64,000 nt of DNA, taken from assembly GCF_009914755.1 (NCBI RefSeq), contig NC_060932.1; one strand, given 5' to 3'. The notes under the pieces are model-generated. The model saw nothing but the letters and a program-made list of their open reading frames with translations. It made no database searches and was not told where the DNA came from. Each line of letters opens with the position of its first letter. The first letter of the stretch is position 1. Made by a program: the position numbers and the translations under genes. Of the stretch, positions 1 to 15,654 are shown one piece after another. Source of the DNA: the human T2T-CHM13v2.0 reference genome, Homo sapiens.

Positions 1-2438
1 CACACCCAATTCACATGTAGAATGTACTGATCACTTATTACTGTCATGCTATGTTATGCATATACATGTATACATGTATAAGTAGTTTATGATCTAGAGA
101 AGACAGATGGGCATATATAATTATTATTTAAAGCATGTTTCCAGGAAAACGGTACATTAGAGTTGCAGAAACATGTTTAACATTTGAACTCTTAAAAAAT
201 CTCAATTAAAAAATGTACATGTGCTGTGTTCACATGTATTTTTGACTATAATCCACTAAAGATGTTTGACTTTAATATTATTTTAACTAGGCAATGTATC
301 TTCACCTTAGGGATCTATGATGAAATAGTTATATAATACATAAACATGCTATGATTGAGAATAAGAAAATTACCAAGTTTAATAATTCATTTTATAAAGA
401 CAATATAAAATTGGAAACAACCAATGCCCTATCTAGCTTTTCATGACAAGCATTTTCATTAATGCTCTTTTCATATGAACAAAGAGCTTAAAAAGCATCG
501 CATTTCATGTTTGATATCCAAATGTTTCTCCCTAGAGAGCAAAAAACGCTAGCTAATAGTGAAATCAACACAGGAAGATGTTTACGTTTTAAACATGGAA
601 GGCTCATTTAATGCCTGACATCCGAATGTTATTTTTAAATGTGTATGTCAAGGACCTTTTGGTAAACTGAAGATAAAAGATGAAAAATTATTCACTAAAA
701 AGGAAATGGGCAATCTATTACATTTAACATTTTTCCTAAATTACTATCTTTATGTAAAGAAATTATCTGAAAACATTTAAATAATATTTGTAAGGCATAT
801 ACTCCTGTTTAAAGTATAAAGTGCGACAGTGGAAGAAGAAAACGTCAAAAATAAAAATAAAAAATAAAGCACAAAGTGAAAAATCAAGACCTATAGCTGC
901 AAAGGCTTTAACTGAGAGTAACTGTAGAGATTTCTGAAAGCAACTTCATTACTCTATTTTATACAAAGAAAACTTAGGAAAAATATATGAATAGGCTTAT
1001 TGGTGTGATCACCGTGGGAAAACACTTTTCCTTTAGAAAAGCCATGTCCTGGAATCACACAGATTTATGTTTACTTAGCGAAGGCTCATGGCTTCAGCTG
1101 CTGTTTTCAGGGCACAGCACCATCAGTTACCTCTTTTGAGATACATAAATAAAGGGTCCAATGACTCCTCTCTATAAAACACACAACACTCACATGTACC
1201 TCCCATGCAAACACCATGCCTTCCTCAAACTGCTTTGTAAACAGAGCACTTCCCTGCTGGGCAAGGCTGGATCCTCTGCGTTTCTATCTGCTTCACTTGA
1301 CCTTTGGCCTTTTCTCTATCCTCATCGCTGTTTAATACAATTCTGCTGACTTGAATGCACTCCACACAGCACTTCAGGACTTTTTTTCCTCTATAATCAT
1401 CCTAGTCACTGAGGTGAGTGCTAGAAGGGGTATTGGCAAAACCCACATTCAGAGTCCCCACTTCCACAGCGTGAGCTGCTTTACAGTTACTCCTTGGGAG
1501 GTGTCTAACAACCCTACAAAATAGGTATCATTCTTTTACAGATGAGGTATCTCAAAGTCTAGGCTGATACAGTGTCAAGATCAGACTCAACTAGTAGCAA
1601 CAACAGGAACAACAATACAACTAAAATCTAGGAGCATCAAGTGTGCCAGGCATAGTTCCAAGCCTATAAATAAGTCCTTTATCCTCCTAATACCATAGAA
1701 GACAGTTACTGTTCTTCGTGTTTGACCAGATGACAGAACTGAGGCTCAGAAAAGTAATTTATAGATGGTGTCACAGAGGACTCATGATTTGAACTTAAGT
1801 CCCATAATTCCCAAACTCAGTCTTTCCCTGCTTCACACTATGTATGCTATTATCCTGCTGGGAATATTTTCATTTGATTCTTTCAGAAATCCAAATCCTC
1901 AAAAGCATTCCTCATTATATGCTTGCAAAAACTCCACACCGCTTTTATAGTGACGTTTCTAGGATATTTATTCATTCTAATCTTTGATTTTTTAACATCA
2001 TGACTTAGACTGTACTTTCTTCTTTGAATGCTCTAAGCTTTTGAGATATATAAGAAAAAGTAGAAAGGACACTTTATTTATAGTGAGTTATAACGGATTC
2101 CTTTTTTTAAACCCAGAATTTTATTTAAACCCAAAATTTTAAAAATACTAATGTATTTAAAAATAGTAATGGCAATTTAGAAAATCCTCTAAGTAGGTAG
2201 CTCAAAACACAGACAATGTTTTTTTTAGGCTCTATTCAAACCCAGCTCTTGGCTTGTGGAAGGTGTGAAACGGATCACCATCCCTAGAAAAATAAGTCCT
2301 CAGATTATACTGAGCTGAATTATTCATTTGGTCTTCATTTTTACAGTTACCTAAAAGAGGATAACAGGCTGTTAGGGGCAAGCACAGCTAAATATTTGGT
2401 AGAAGCGCAATTGGGAATGCTCAGAAACAGCACCTCAC

Positions 2439-2556
2439 CTTTCTGAGGTCTGATGATAAATGACTGCGAGGTTCCATTCACCAGCCGGCAGTACCCATCT
2501 ATTAGGTCAGCCATATTCTCCGCAATGGTTAGGGATGGTGCCGTCACTGTCAGAGG
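2439..2556 (-). CDS. PTK2: PTK2/FAK coding exon (118 nt), PLTVTAPSLTIAENMADLIDGYCRLVNGTSQSFIIRPQK(E), end of FERM and start of linker
   Basis: Overlaps ORF 2347..2547; cgttag|CCT CTG ACA...CAG AAA G|gtgag; phase 0 to 1. Confidence 0.98.
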
Positions 2557-3764
2557 CTAACGGAGAAAAGATCAAGAAAACAGACTTCATTGTTCTTCCC
2601 AGTAAGCAAAGGACAGCTGTGCTATGACATCAGACATCTCTATACACTTGAAAACAGAGAAGAGTGGGAATGAAACAAGATTTGTCATGAGATTTGAGAA
2701 AGGAAATCTGATATTTAAGGACATTATTCCTAGAATATGTGACAAATGCAAACCCAGATGAAAACAGAAAAATCACTTAAACTGGGGCTCACTTTCTAGA
2801 ATCAAAAGAGATGAAAAAAGTATTTTCCTTCAGAGTGTCTGGCCCCTCTGGCATACTCCAGTTAAGGGAAGAATTTAGACAATCAGTAAGTTAAAGTATG
2901 ACTTCTATCAGAAACTAATGTGGAGTAAATTTTTTATCAACCATCCATCATAATTTCTAATGTAAAAGAAAATTAATAAAATTTCATTATTTTTAGCACA
3001 TATAGCATGTTCGCCCAAGGGCTTAGAAATCATTCTCTTTCCAATATAAAATTTGATATTGTTTGGTAATATTTGCTTAATCTCCAGAATCAACAAGAGT
3101 TCCTAGAGCCCTCAGATGTCACCAAACTCACAGAATCACAGGGCAGAAGAGTGACGAGGCATCAGCCTAAGTGAGGAGTGCTGCAAATAAAGCTACCCAG
3201 AGAACTGGCCGTTAACAGACCAAAGAATCCTGGTGTGCTGATGGAAACAGATGAGCTTCAAAAAACATGCTTTACACACCAGCACAACCGTGTGTGCCAC
3301 CAGACTGTCCAGATCCTTTCATACACGAGTGTATTTTGTCCATCTTGCAGAAAGGACCACATTAGGTAGTATTTGCCAAATGGCTCTTTCTCATGCCACT
3401 TGTTTTAAATCACTGTTGCCTGTTGATTAAGAACACAGGCTTTGGATCCAGACTGTTTGGGTATGAACCCCATCTCTTGTCAATTACTTGATGTGGCCAA
3501 CCTCTCATGCCTCAGTTTCCTCAGCTACAGAATGGGGTTAACCAAAGTATATCAAAGTATCTACTTCCTTGGTTGTGACAATGACACAGCTTCTCTTGGC
3601 TTCTGCGTAAAGAACCACAGGTAGCATGTGCCCAGTATCAGGTACTGCTGCTGTTATAATTATTATAATCATATAATAATAACTATTATAATCACATAAT
3701 AATTTCTACCCAGAGAATATCATGGACAACACAGTGTGGAAATTAACTCAGTTTACAGTATATA

Positions 3765-4938
3765 TAGTCAATGCACCACATAACAACATTTTGGTCAATG
3801 ATGGTCCGCATATACAATGGTGGTTCCATAAGATTTATATAATAGAGCTAAGAATTCCTATTGCTAGGTATGCCGTAGCCATCCTGAAGTTGTAATGCTC
3901 ATGTTTATGGTGAAGCTGGTGTAAAAAAAATCTACTGTGCTGCCAGTCTTATAAAAGTATAGCACATACGATTATGTACAGCACATAATACTGGATAATG
4001 ACTATGTTACTGGTTTATGTATTTACTATTTTTTTTTTAATTAGAATGTACTTCTACTTATTTAAAAAAAAAAAGTTAAATGTAAAACAGCCTCAGGCAG
4101 GGCTTCTAGAAAGTATTCCAGAAAGTGGCACTGTTCTCATAGGAGATGACAGTTTCATGTGTGTTACGGCCCCTGAAGACCTCCCAGTGGGACAAGATGT
4201 GGAGGTAGAAGATGGTGATATGGATACTCTTGACCCTGTGTAGGCCTAGGCTAGTGTGTATGTTTGTGTCTTACTTTTTAACAAAAAAGCTGAAAAAGTA
4301 AAAAACACAGAAAATCATTTTAAAACTAGAAAAAAGCTTACAGAATAAGTATGTAAAAAAAGAAAATTTTTTGTACAGCTGTACAATATATTTAAAATTA
4401 ATTGTTATTACAAGAGTCAAAAAAGCCGAAAAAAATCAGTTTATAAAATATAAAAGTTACTGTAAGCTAATGTTTACTACTGAAAAAGGTTTTAAAAATA
4501 AATTTAAGTATATGGTGTGTACAGTGTTTATAGTCTACAGCAGTGCACAGTAATGTCGTAGATCTTCACATTCATCCTTCACTCACTGACTCACCCACAG
4601 CAGCTTCCAATCCTGCAAGCTCCACTCATGGTAAGGGCTCTATGCAGGTGTAACATTTTTTATCTTCTATACTGTATTTTTACTGTGCCTTTTCTATGTT
4701 TACATATATTTAGAGATACAAATACCATTGTGTTACAATTGCCTAAAGTATTCAGTATAGTAGCATGCTACACAGGTTTGTAGCTTAGGGCAACAGGCTA
4801 TATTGTATAGCCTAGGTGTACAGTAGGCTACAACCATCTTAGGTTTGTGTAAGAACAGTCTGTGATGTTTGCACAACAAAGAAATCAGGGAATTAGGCAT
4901 TTCTCTGAACGTACCTGTTGTTAAGCAAAACATGACTG
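3765..4938. mobile_element. Tigger3b-like non-autonomous TcMar-Tigger DNA transposon, near full length
   Basis: Terminal inverted repeats (t)agtcaatgc... and ...catgactg, each flanked by TA; ~1.17 kb; internal sequence resembles Tigger3/Golem. Confidence 0.8.
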
Positions 4939-4961
4939 TACATATAATTCCAAGAAGTTAA

Positions 4962-5324
<363 letters not shown>

Positions 5325-5522
5325 TGATTTTTAAATCTGTCTCCTGTCCTATTCTTGGGGACATTTAATCATTATTGTTTCTAATGTAACCCCTTCTATA
5401 TATAAGAAAGTTGTGATTCTGATGATCCATAAAAACTTCATCCTTTTCATAAAAAAGTCAACAATTCTAAAACATCCCTATTTAACCATTTTCCCTTAAT
5501 GATGAACGTAACAGTTCCTTAC

Positions 5523-5630
5523 CTCGGGTGCACCTGCTATTTTTAGTTGTAGCATTCCTTTTCTGTCCTTGTCTTCACTGTTTGAATACTGAATGGTTTG
5601 CACTTGAGTGAAGTCAGCAAGATGTGTGGG
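5523..5630 (-). CDS. PTK2: PTK2/FAK coding exon (108 nt), PTHLADFTQVQTIQYSNSEDKDRKGMLQLKIAGAPE
   Basis: ttatag|CCC ACA CAT...CCC GAG|gtaag; phase 0 to 0. Confidence 0.97.
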
Positions 5631-6286
5631 CTATAAAAAGGAAAGGTAAAATCTTTAGACTACGGATAAAAAACTCATTTCACAGAGTCTGTAAATGTTC
5701 TGTGAAATCCTCGTTGTCCTGAAGACATCCTCCCTAAGACTGGAGGTCTGGGGAAAAAAACAGATTCTCCATGCTGCCCCAGGGGAGCAGCCATGAGACT
5801 GTCTCCTGCACTTCAAGGTCAGGTACAGGTCTGCTCTCTGTGATGTGCTGAGGAGACCCATACATGAGTTGGATGAGTGAGAGTACAGTTACCACTGAGA
5901 GAGAACAGAAGATAAAGGAGGGAGGGAAGTTGAAGCAACCTTTGGCCTGACTCGTTTGCCAGCCTGGGAGGAATCTTATGGAATTCTTAGTCAAAGAGAA
6001 CATTCTACTCCCATTCCCAAAGAAAGAGGGGATCTGGGATTAATCCCCATGCACCCTGGGCTAGAGTAAGTTCTGAAACTAACTGGAGATCTGTAGCTAG
6101 GGAGACAGTAGGTACCCAAAGGGCCCTTCCCAATACAGAATAACCTCTTAAGCCATGCCAGGAGAGTCTATGGTCATTTTCCTAAGTAGCATAAACTTTG
6201 GCTTCTTCTTTTTTTTTTTTCTTTTTCTTCTATTACTGCTGCACAAATTAATAAACACTCTCCTTCTTAAAAAGAAAAAAAGATAG

Positions 6287-6527
6287 AGTTGGGAGCAATG
6301 GTTCACATCCATAATCCCAGCACTTTGAGGGGCTGAGGTGGGATGATCCCTTGAGGCCAGGAGTTCAAGCAGCCTGGGCAACATAGTGAGACCCTTTCTC
6401 TACCAAAAGAAAAAAAAAAATAACCAGGCATGGTGGTCTGTGCCTGTAGACCCAGCTACTCAGGAGGCTGAGTCTGCGCCACTGCACTCTAGCTTGGGCA
6501 ACTCAGTGAGACCCTTCTTCAAAAAAA
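6287..6527 (+). mobile_element. Alu (J-type, internal deletion in right arm)
   Basis: taatcccagcactttg...gaggccaggagttcaag...ccactgcactctagc. Confidence 0.9.
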
Positions 6528-6879
6528 TACATATAAAAGATACATGTATCTTCCATCCTTCTAGCATCTCATGAGGATGATCATTTTGCATGTGAAGATT
6601 CCTATACATTTCTTCAAAACAATTTGCTTGGTTAAGGCCACTCTGTCAGCTAATGCCCCTTCCCATTGCATGGCGAACAGATGATGCCACTAGAACGGAG
6701 TTGGAATTGTTCAGAAAGAGGTTCACACTGGGCTGCCCTTCCCAGCAAAGCATCTTCCTGCGCCGTTTGTAGAGACATGTGTTTTGCAGGGCTCCTGCCT
6801 TTCCCCGGGAGGCCACAGGCAGCCCTCCATTCTCTGGTCCCAGGCTTCTCATAGCATGTCCCACAGCCCCTCTGCATAT

Positions 6880-7960
6880 TCTTCCCACTTATCCTCTGGG
6901 ACATCCTGCCCTTTTGGGGTTTCTTCCACCTCACTGGTCTCTCTTTCCCAGTTCTTTTTACTGGCTTCTCCCCTACTCAATCTACAAATGTGAAAGGGCT
7001 GCAGGGCTCTGTGCTGGGTGGGCCCTGTTATTCCCCCTAGTTCTGCCATGGCAAAACAAATACCATACAGTCCTGGGGCGTTAAGTACCATCTCCAGCCC
7101 TGTCATCTCCCTGGACCTCAGACTCATGCATCCAGCTCCCTATATCATACTACCACATGGATGTCTGCAAGAGATTACTAACAACATAGTTAAAAGGGTA
7201 CTCCCTCAAAACATGTTCTTCCTCCAGGCTTCTTGACTTCAATAAAAAGCATCATATTTGGCCGGGTGTGGTGGCTCATGCCTGTAATCCCTGCACTTTG
7301 GTAGGATGAGGCGGGTGGATCACGAGGTCAGGAGATTGAGACCACCCTGGCCAACATGGTGAAACCCCGTCACTACTAAAAATACAAAAATTAGCTGGGC
7401 ATGGTGGCATGTGCCTGTAATTGCAGCTACTCAGGAGGCTGAGGCAGGAGAATCACTTGAACCAGGGAGTCAGAGGTTGCAGTGAGCTGAGATCATGCCA
7501 TTACACTCTGCACAGAGCAAAACTCTGTCTCAAAAAAAAAAAAAAGAAGAGAAAAAAAAGATCATATTCAACAAGATTCCTGAGCCAAAAAAAAAAGGCA
7601 TTCTCACTGATTCTTCTCCCTTTCCCCATTATCCAACCTCTCCACAAGTCCTGGCAACTTCAGCTCCAAACATCCAGAATTCATGTGTTTACTTCCCATC
7701 TTCACAGTTGTCACTATAGTCCAGGCCACCATATGATATTCTGCTTAGAGTCCTGCCATTTTTCCTAGTTTCCCTTCATCCATGCTACTATATAATGTCC
7801 CTACCTGAAAGCCAGATCATATCACTCCTCTGCTTAAAAAGGTACAATACAAAGCATCATAACTTGCATGATTTACATAGCATGATTTCTATGAGCAAAC
7901 TGTCTACATGATTTGACCCCTGCCTGCCTCTCTGACCTAATTTACTGTCATGATCTTGTC
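6880..7960 (-). mobile_element. L2 remnant interrupted by an Alu
   Basis: Pyrimidine-rich L2-like motifs (catctccagccc...ctccctcaaaac...agatcatatcactcctctgcttaaaa). Confidence 0.55.
7260..7559 (+). mobile_element. Alu (Sc-like)
   Basis: ggccgggtgtggtggctca...ggatcacgaggtcaggagattgagacc; A tail; TSD ~aaaaag(c)atcatatt. Confidence 0.95.
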
Positions 7961-7999
7961 TTGATGATATGTGCTCTAGTTTCGTTGGGGTAGAACCAT

Positions 8000-8860
8000 T
8001 TCAGGGGGTGGGTTGTTTTTATAACCAAGGCTGCTAGATGTCACATGAAGCATGGGTAATTCCTGCACAATAAAAAATTGTCCTGCATCCTCGACGGCTT
8101 TCAAATGTCCTGGTGTGTATTTATGTCACTGAAAAATCTGACTCTAGAAACAAAGTCTGTTTAAAACCACAAAGTATGCTCTGCATTGAACTTTCCAGGA
8201 ATGCAACTTACGCGTAATGCAAGGGAATCCTATACTATGCTGTTTTTGAAGTTTTATTAAGAGTTCCTCACCATTTTGGAGAATGACACCACCAAGGGCA
8301 AGACTTGCTATAGTTATTTTGGTCAGTGACAAAATGCACCTGTATCAGTTTGCATCTGTAGCTACTGCATGCACGTACGTAACAGAGGATGTCGGAGGCG
8401 CCTTCCAACAGACCGAGAGCTGAACATCATTATGTTGGTGGTGACACATGAAATGAGGAATACTATCTCAATTAGTCCTTGTTATTGCTATCTCATAATT
8501 AAAAAAAAAATTCGAAGGCACAGTAAGACATCTAGGTTATGGAAATTATATTTTTTAAAATTGTTTTTCTGCCTCACTCTGGCATTATTCCCCAAGGTCA
8601 GTCACATAACTTTTCCCTATCACTTTCCTACACCACTTGTATGGAGTGGCTTCTGATTGTTCTCCCTCCAATTAAAAGTCCTTACTAAGTAGGTGCGTCT
8701 GACTAGAGTGCCTTCCAATGTATTGTGCTAAACTTTAAGATATTGATAGAGATTTTAAAAAATTATTTGAGTAGGGGAATAACATGCTCTGTAATTTTAA
8801 TTTCAGGATAGCAAAAGATAATTTAAAACATCTGTTATAAAGAGAACAGGGTTAAGAGGG
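8000..8860 (+). mobile_element. MER20B/Charlie-type hAT DNA transposon remnant
   Basis: Motifs aattgtcctgcatcc, tttccaggaatgcaact, cacctgtatcagtttgcat and tttcaggatagcaaa match MER20B as I recall it. Confidence 0.65.
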
Positions 8861-9524
8861 GCTGGCACTGCCCACCTACTCTAAATCAAACACTCAGATA
8901 CTCTCTCACGCCACCCTACTATAGCCCTTTAGCACAATCCCATTATTTATATTGCTTATTTTCTTCTTTATATTCTATTTTATAACTAGAAGGAAAGCCC
9001 CATGAGGATGGGAGTATCATGTCCACCTTGTCCACCACCAGATTACAAGGAAGCAGGGCCATGCCTGGCATGTAAGTGAATGAAGTATGAGAAGTTATTA
9101 GGTGCTAGACTGTGTTCCAAGTATCAGATATACAGCAGCAAACAAGGATAACATGAATCCAGACATTAAACAAACATTACACAAGTAAACCATTACAACT
9201 GTGATAAGGACTATAACAAAGCAATACACGGTACTGTATAAAAATATCTAATTTATTGGAAAGGAGAGGAGGGAGGAAATAAAGCCTCAGAAAAAGTTTC
9301 ACTGCGAAAAAGAGAACAAGACTTGAGCAACACGAGCTTAAGACTAGGTATATTACATTCAGATACAGTACTGCACCAGCAGAATCTAGCCTACCACCTA
9401 GCACAAGGCAGCTGCACACAATATATAAGCAAACTGACTAAGGTAACACTCAAGATAGGCATGTAAGTGGTCATTACAAGGGCAAAAAGAGAGGGAAAGA
9501 GCACTTGAGAAGGAGAATCTGAGA

Positions 9525-9839
9525 TGTGCTGTTCAACTGGTGGCAGGAAGCCACACACAGCTATGGAGCACCCAGTGGTATGTGGCTCCTCCAGGCTGAG
9601 ATATGCTGGTAGGGTACAATGCATGCCAGATTTCAAAAACTTGGAATGATAAAAATAAGATAAAGTCTCAAGAATTCTTACACTGACTATATCTTGAAAT
9701 GATGATACATTGGATATACTGGATCAAATAAAATATATTAAAATTAATTGCACCTATCTTTTTATCTTTTTAAATGTGGTTACTATAAAATTTTAAATCA
9801 CCTATGAGGCTTACATCGTATTGCTGTTGGACAGCACTG
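9525..9839. mobile_element. MER33 (hAT-Charlie) inserted in an L2 remnant (~9080-10370)
   Basis: ttgaaatgatgatacattggatatactgg...ttttaaatgtggttacta...ttggacagcactg terminus. Confidence 0.75.
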
Positions 9840-10681
9840 GAGAAGTCAAGTAAAGTAGATGAGGACTCAGAATTACCCAGTGGGCTTATCTACAGGAGGA
9901 TCACTGTCATCATTGGCAAGGCATTGAGGGGTGGACGGTGGTAGTGTAATGGTAGTAGGCAGGAAAGGCCTGGTTGAAGCAGGTTGAAGAGGGAGTGGGA
10001 AGAATTAAAGACAATGCAGTTAGATAATCTGTCAAGAAGTTTTGCAATAAATGACACGAAAACATGAGGTACCAGGGAGAGAGAGGGACACAGGGCTAAA
10101 AGAGGGGATTTTAGGATGGGAGAAACTATACATTTTTCTATGCTGACAGGAACAATCCAGTATGTTAGAAATGTCTGCTGCTACAGGAAAGAGTGGGCAG
10201 AACTGAAGAATTACCATGAACAGGTAAGATGGGATAGAAGCCATTACATAGCAGAGGGTTGGTCTCATTCAGGAACATGAAGTTCACCCATGGGAGGCAG
10301 AACAAATGAGGAGGAGGAGTGTGGCAGGCAGAAATGTGAGAAGTGCAGTGCAAGGAATCTTCTGGGGGCTCTATCCTGATTGCTCCAATCTTGCTTTCTT
10401 CTACTTTATATAACTAATACCTCTTATTTCATAGGCACAGAGGTCCTTATAAACTCAAAAGGAAAACATATATTTTCAAGGAACATTTATAAAAATCATA
10501 CGCTTGGCCATAAAGAAGATCTTAACAACTGTGAAACAGTTAACATTTAAAAATCATATTACCTGCTCATAAGCCAATATGAAATTTTTGGCTCATAATA
10601 TGCTCATAGAAATAAAAATGAGATAAAACCCCAGGGCTACTTGAAACTTAAGTAATATTCTTCTAAATAATGCTATAATGA

Positions 10682-11124
<443 letters not shown>

Positions 11125-11503
11125 TAAACAAGAATACATTTTAAAGATGCACTTAAAAGGGAAGAGCACAATAAAAAAGACAAAAATAATGAAGATACTA
11201 CAAAAACAGAATGAAGAAAAATACTGAAATCAATGAAAATGAATAGTACTGCTGCAATACATCACTAAACTTGTCCTTCAAAAAACAATTAGAATAGACA
11301 GACCTTTACAAGTCTGAAAAAGAGCCAAATCAAAAGAGCTTAGGCATGAAACAGGAATATAGAGACAAAGTTACTGGAAAGATTTTAACAGATCTATGAG
11401 AGGCAACTCTATGGCAGCAAGATGAAAATGTAGAGAAATGGATAATATGCTAAATTACCAAAGCCGACACAAGTGGAAAATGTGGATAGATCGATTACTA
11501 TTA

Positions 11504-11795
<292 letters not shown>

Positions 11796-14700
11796 CTATT
11801 ACTTTTGAAGTGATTAAAAAGATAAACACCTGCCGTTTAAAAAGGCATCATGTTGTTACGTAGATCAGTTCTACCTAGTCTTTAAACAACATGCAATTCC
11901 AATTTGAATTAAAATATTTCAGGCCATTAAAAATCACCAGAGAGAGGGAAGGCACTGAGAATGGATGAAGGAAAGACACAGAAGCTGGGCTGAAGGGGGA
12001 GGAAGCTGGGAACCCTGCAAGAGGCTACCACACACCAAGACTCATTCCTGGCCCACAATTACCCTGGGGGAATGGGTGAGTGGAACTGGCAAGGAGCAAC
12101 CTGCTCTCACTACAGGCCTCTTAAATCCGAGCAGGGGGCCCCTCAACTACTACGGACACTTGAGGTGGCAGGGAGAGCTGCTTAGAGAAGTGCTAGGGAT
12201 TGCAGCCAGCTGAGGTGGAGCCCAGAGGGTTTGGTGCAGGAGCGTCTGTAGTGGAACATGGCCAGGGAAGCCCTGACTTGCTCCCATAAGAGACTTTAGC
12301 CCTAGGGGAACTGTTGGACCTGAACTCTGCAGGGTGGGCTTACCTATCAGAAGGGGGTTAGTCTGACCTGAGCACCCCTTGGGCTTCTGGCTTCTCCTGG
12401 GGTCCCAGCCTGAACGAGCCTGCTTGCAGGGTAGCCTTGGGTGCCCTGGGGCCCACATCATAGCCCCTGCAGTGGCTGACCGCTTCTGACCAGCAGAGAG
12501 CTCCCACGGGGCAGCCTCCATTGCCACACACCAGCCCACCCGCTCCTTCCTCACACTGCAGGTTCCTCTAGCCCACAGCAATTCCCAACAGAGTTTTCCT
12601 GGCACCTGTGTACGCAGGCAGGTATTGCCTTCCGTGCCTCACCAGTGCACATGTGCACGCAACCCCAAAACTCACCCATGCCTGACAGCCACCTCAGTCG
12701 GAGCCTTGGCAGGCACAGAGCCAACCAGCCCTGTCCCCACTGCCAGCACCCCATGCTTATGTCAACATTATCCCAAGAGTGAAAGCAGGCACAGAGAATA
12801 GCAGATTCTCCCCTACCCACAGCAAACACCTATGCTTACAGTGCACAGGGTGCACACACAGACCTGGGCCTGCCAGCAACCCAACCCTGTGCTACCACCA
12901 CCACCAGCACCAATGCTGCACAGTTGCCAACAGGCAACCCCCCACCCAAACCGTGCTGCTACTGCCACTGTAGTGAATGCTCAAATGGAGACAGGCACCC
13001 CAGTACCCACTAGCAACCTGCCGGGCTGATGAGCGTGCATCCCAGTGTGCTGCCACTGCTGCTGGCACATGGAAACAAGGGCGGATCCTATGCCACCACA
13101 CTGTGAAATGCTTTGGCTGACACCACCCATTGGAGTGTAGTGACCAGTGGTCTGGGAGCACCCCTACCCCCAACACTCCACAAGTGCAGTGGATTCCTAA
13201 CCTCCAGGAGCCAGAGAACAAAGTTGCAGCCCAATACCAGTCTCCCAGAATTAGAGCACACAGTCCAGGAGTTGGGGGCTGGGCACTGGTCCCCTAAAAT
13301 ATTCCAGAAATGCAGCCAGTCAGTTGAGTCCACCTTACCACAATCAAACCCTCAAGGTCATCAAATAGGATAAACAAACAAACAAGCAAAAATACAAAGG
13401 TCAGCAACTTCAAAGGTTGAAGAAACGTTGGCCCAAAAGATGGAAAGAACCACTGCAAGAAATCTAACAACTCAAAAAGCCAGAGTGCCTTCTTTCCTCT
13501 AAATGACCGCACCACCTCTCCAGCAAGGGTTCTGAACTGGGTTGAGATGGCTGAAATGACAGAAATAGAATTCAGAACATGGATAGGAATGAAGATCATT
13601 GAGATGTAGGAGTACACTGAAACCCAATCCAAGGAAGCTAAGAATCACAATAAAACAATACAGGAGCTGAGAGAAAAAATAGCCAGAATAGAAAAGAACA
13701 TAATCAACCTGATGGCGCTGAAAAGCACACTACAAAGATTTCATAATGCAACCGTAAGTATTAATAGCCTAACAGACCAAGTTGAGGAAAGAATTTCAGA
13801 GCTTGAAAGCTGTCTTTCTGAAATAGGAGTCAGAAAAGAATAGAGAAAAAAGAATGAAAAGGAATGAAGAAAGCCTCTGTGAAATACGGGATTACGTAAA
13901 GAGACCAAATCTATGTCTCACTGGTGTCCCTGAAAGAGCTGGGGAGAGTGTAAGCAACTTGGAAAACATGTATCAGGATATGATCTATGAAAAGTTCCCC
14001 AACCTAGCTAGAGAAGTCAACATTCAAATTTAGGAAAGGCAGAGTAAGATACTACACGAGAAGATCATTCCCAAGACACATCATCATGAAATTCTTCAAG
14101 GTGGAAATGAAAGAAAAAATGTTAAAGGAAACTAGAAGGGCCTGGTCACCTGCAAAGGAAGGCCCATCAGATAAACAGCAGACCTCTCAGTAGAAACTCT
14201 ACAAGCCAAAAGAGATTGGGGGCCAACATTCAACATTCTGGAAGAAATTCCAACCTGAAATTTTATAATTCCAGCCAAACTAAGCTTCATAAATAAAGGA
14301 GATATAGGATCCTTTTCAGACAAGCAAATGCTGAAGAAATTTGTTACCATGAGACCTGCCTTACAAGAGCTCCTGAAAGGAGCACTAAATATGGAAAGGA
14401 AAGACCGTTACCAACCATCACAAAAACACAGACCAGTGACACTATAAAGCAAACACACAAACAAGTTTGCCTAATAACAAGCTAACACCATGATGGCAGG
14501 ATCAAATCCACACATATCAATACTAACCTTGAATGTTAATGGGCTAAATGCCCCCATTAAAAGACACAGAGCTGGATAAAGAACCAAGATTCATTGGTAT
14601 GCTGTCTTCAAAATACCTATCTCACATGCAATGACACACATAGGCTCAAAATAAAGGAATGGAGAAAAATCCATCATTCAAATGGAAAACAGAAAAAAAC

Positions 14701-15126
14701 AGGGGTTACAATCTTAATTTCAGACAAAACAGACTTTAAACCAACTCAGTTAAAAAAGACAAAGAAGGGCATTACATAATGGTAAAGGGTTCAATCCAAC
14801 GAGAAGGCCTAACTATCCTAAATATATAAAAAAACCAAACAGCAGCACTCATTATTAATAAGCCAGATTCTTAGAGACCTTCAAAGAGACTTAGACTCCT
14901 ACACAATAATAGTGGGAGACTTTAACACCCCACTGACAATATTACGTAGATCACTGAGATGGAAATTAACAAACATATTCATGATTTGAATTCAACATTG
15001 GATCAAATGGACCTGACAGACATCTATAGAACTCTCCACCCCAAAGCAACAAAATACACATTCATCTCATCACCATACGGCACATACTCTAAAATCAATT
15101 ATATAATTGAACACAAAACACCGTTT

Positions 15127-15654
15127 AGCAAATGCAAAAGAACTGAAATCATAATAACCATTCCCTCAGAGCACAGCATGGCCAAATTAGAAATCATGAC
15201 TAAGAAATTTGCCCAAAACCACACAATTATATGGAAATTGAATAAACTGCTCCCGAATGACTTTTGGGTAAATAATGAAATTAAGGCAGAAATCAAGAAG
15301 TGCTTTGAAATGAATGAGAACCAAGACACAATGTACCAGAATCTCTGGGACACAGGTAAGGCAGTGTAAAGAGGTAAATTTGTAGTACTCAGCAAATGCA
15401 AAAGAACTGAAATCATAATAAACATTCTCTCGGAGCACAGCACGGCCAAGTTAAAAATCATGACTGAGAAATTTGCTCAAAACCACACAATTACATGGAA
15501 ATCGAATAAACTGCTCCCAAATGACTTTTGTGTAAATAATGAAATTAAGGCAGAAATCAAGAAGTGCTTTGAAATGAATGAGAACCAAGACACAATGTAC
15601 CAGAATCTCTGGGACACAGGTAAGGCAGTGTTAACAGGTAAATTTGTAGCACTA
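15127..15654 (+). repeat. Tandem duplication 2 x 264 bp inside L1 ORF2
   Basis: agcaaatgcaaaagaactgaaatc starts at 15127 and 15391; about 16 differences by manual count. Confidence 0.95.

Noticed and set aside
6646-7236. Dense cluster of overlapping ORFs on both strands
   Set aside because: Locally higher GC and L2-like sequence; no FAK-like or other recognisable peptide.
12150-12605. 151-aa minus-strand ORF in the L1 5'UTR (ORF0-like idea)
   Set aside because: It starts at GTG and lies in GC-rich repeat sequence where stops are scarce. It shows no resemblance to ORF0, which belongs to younger L1PA 5'UTRs.
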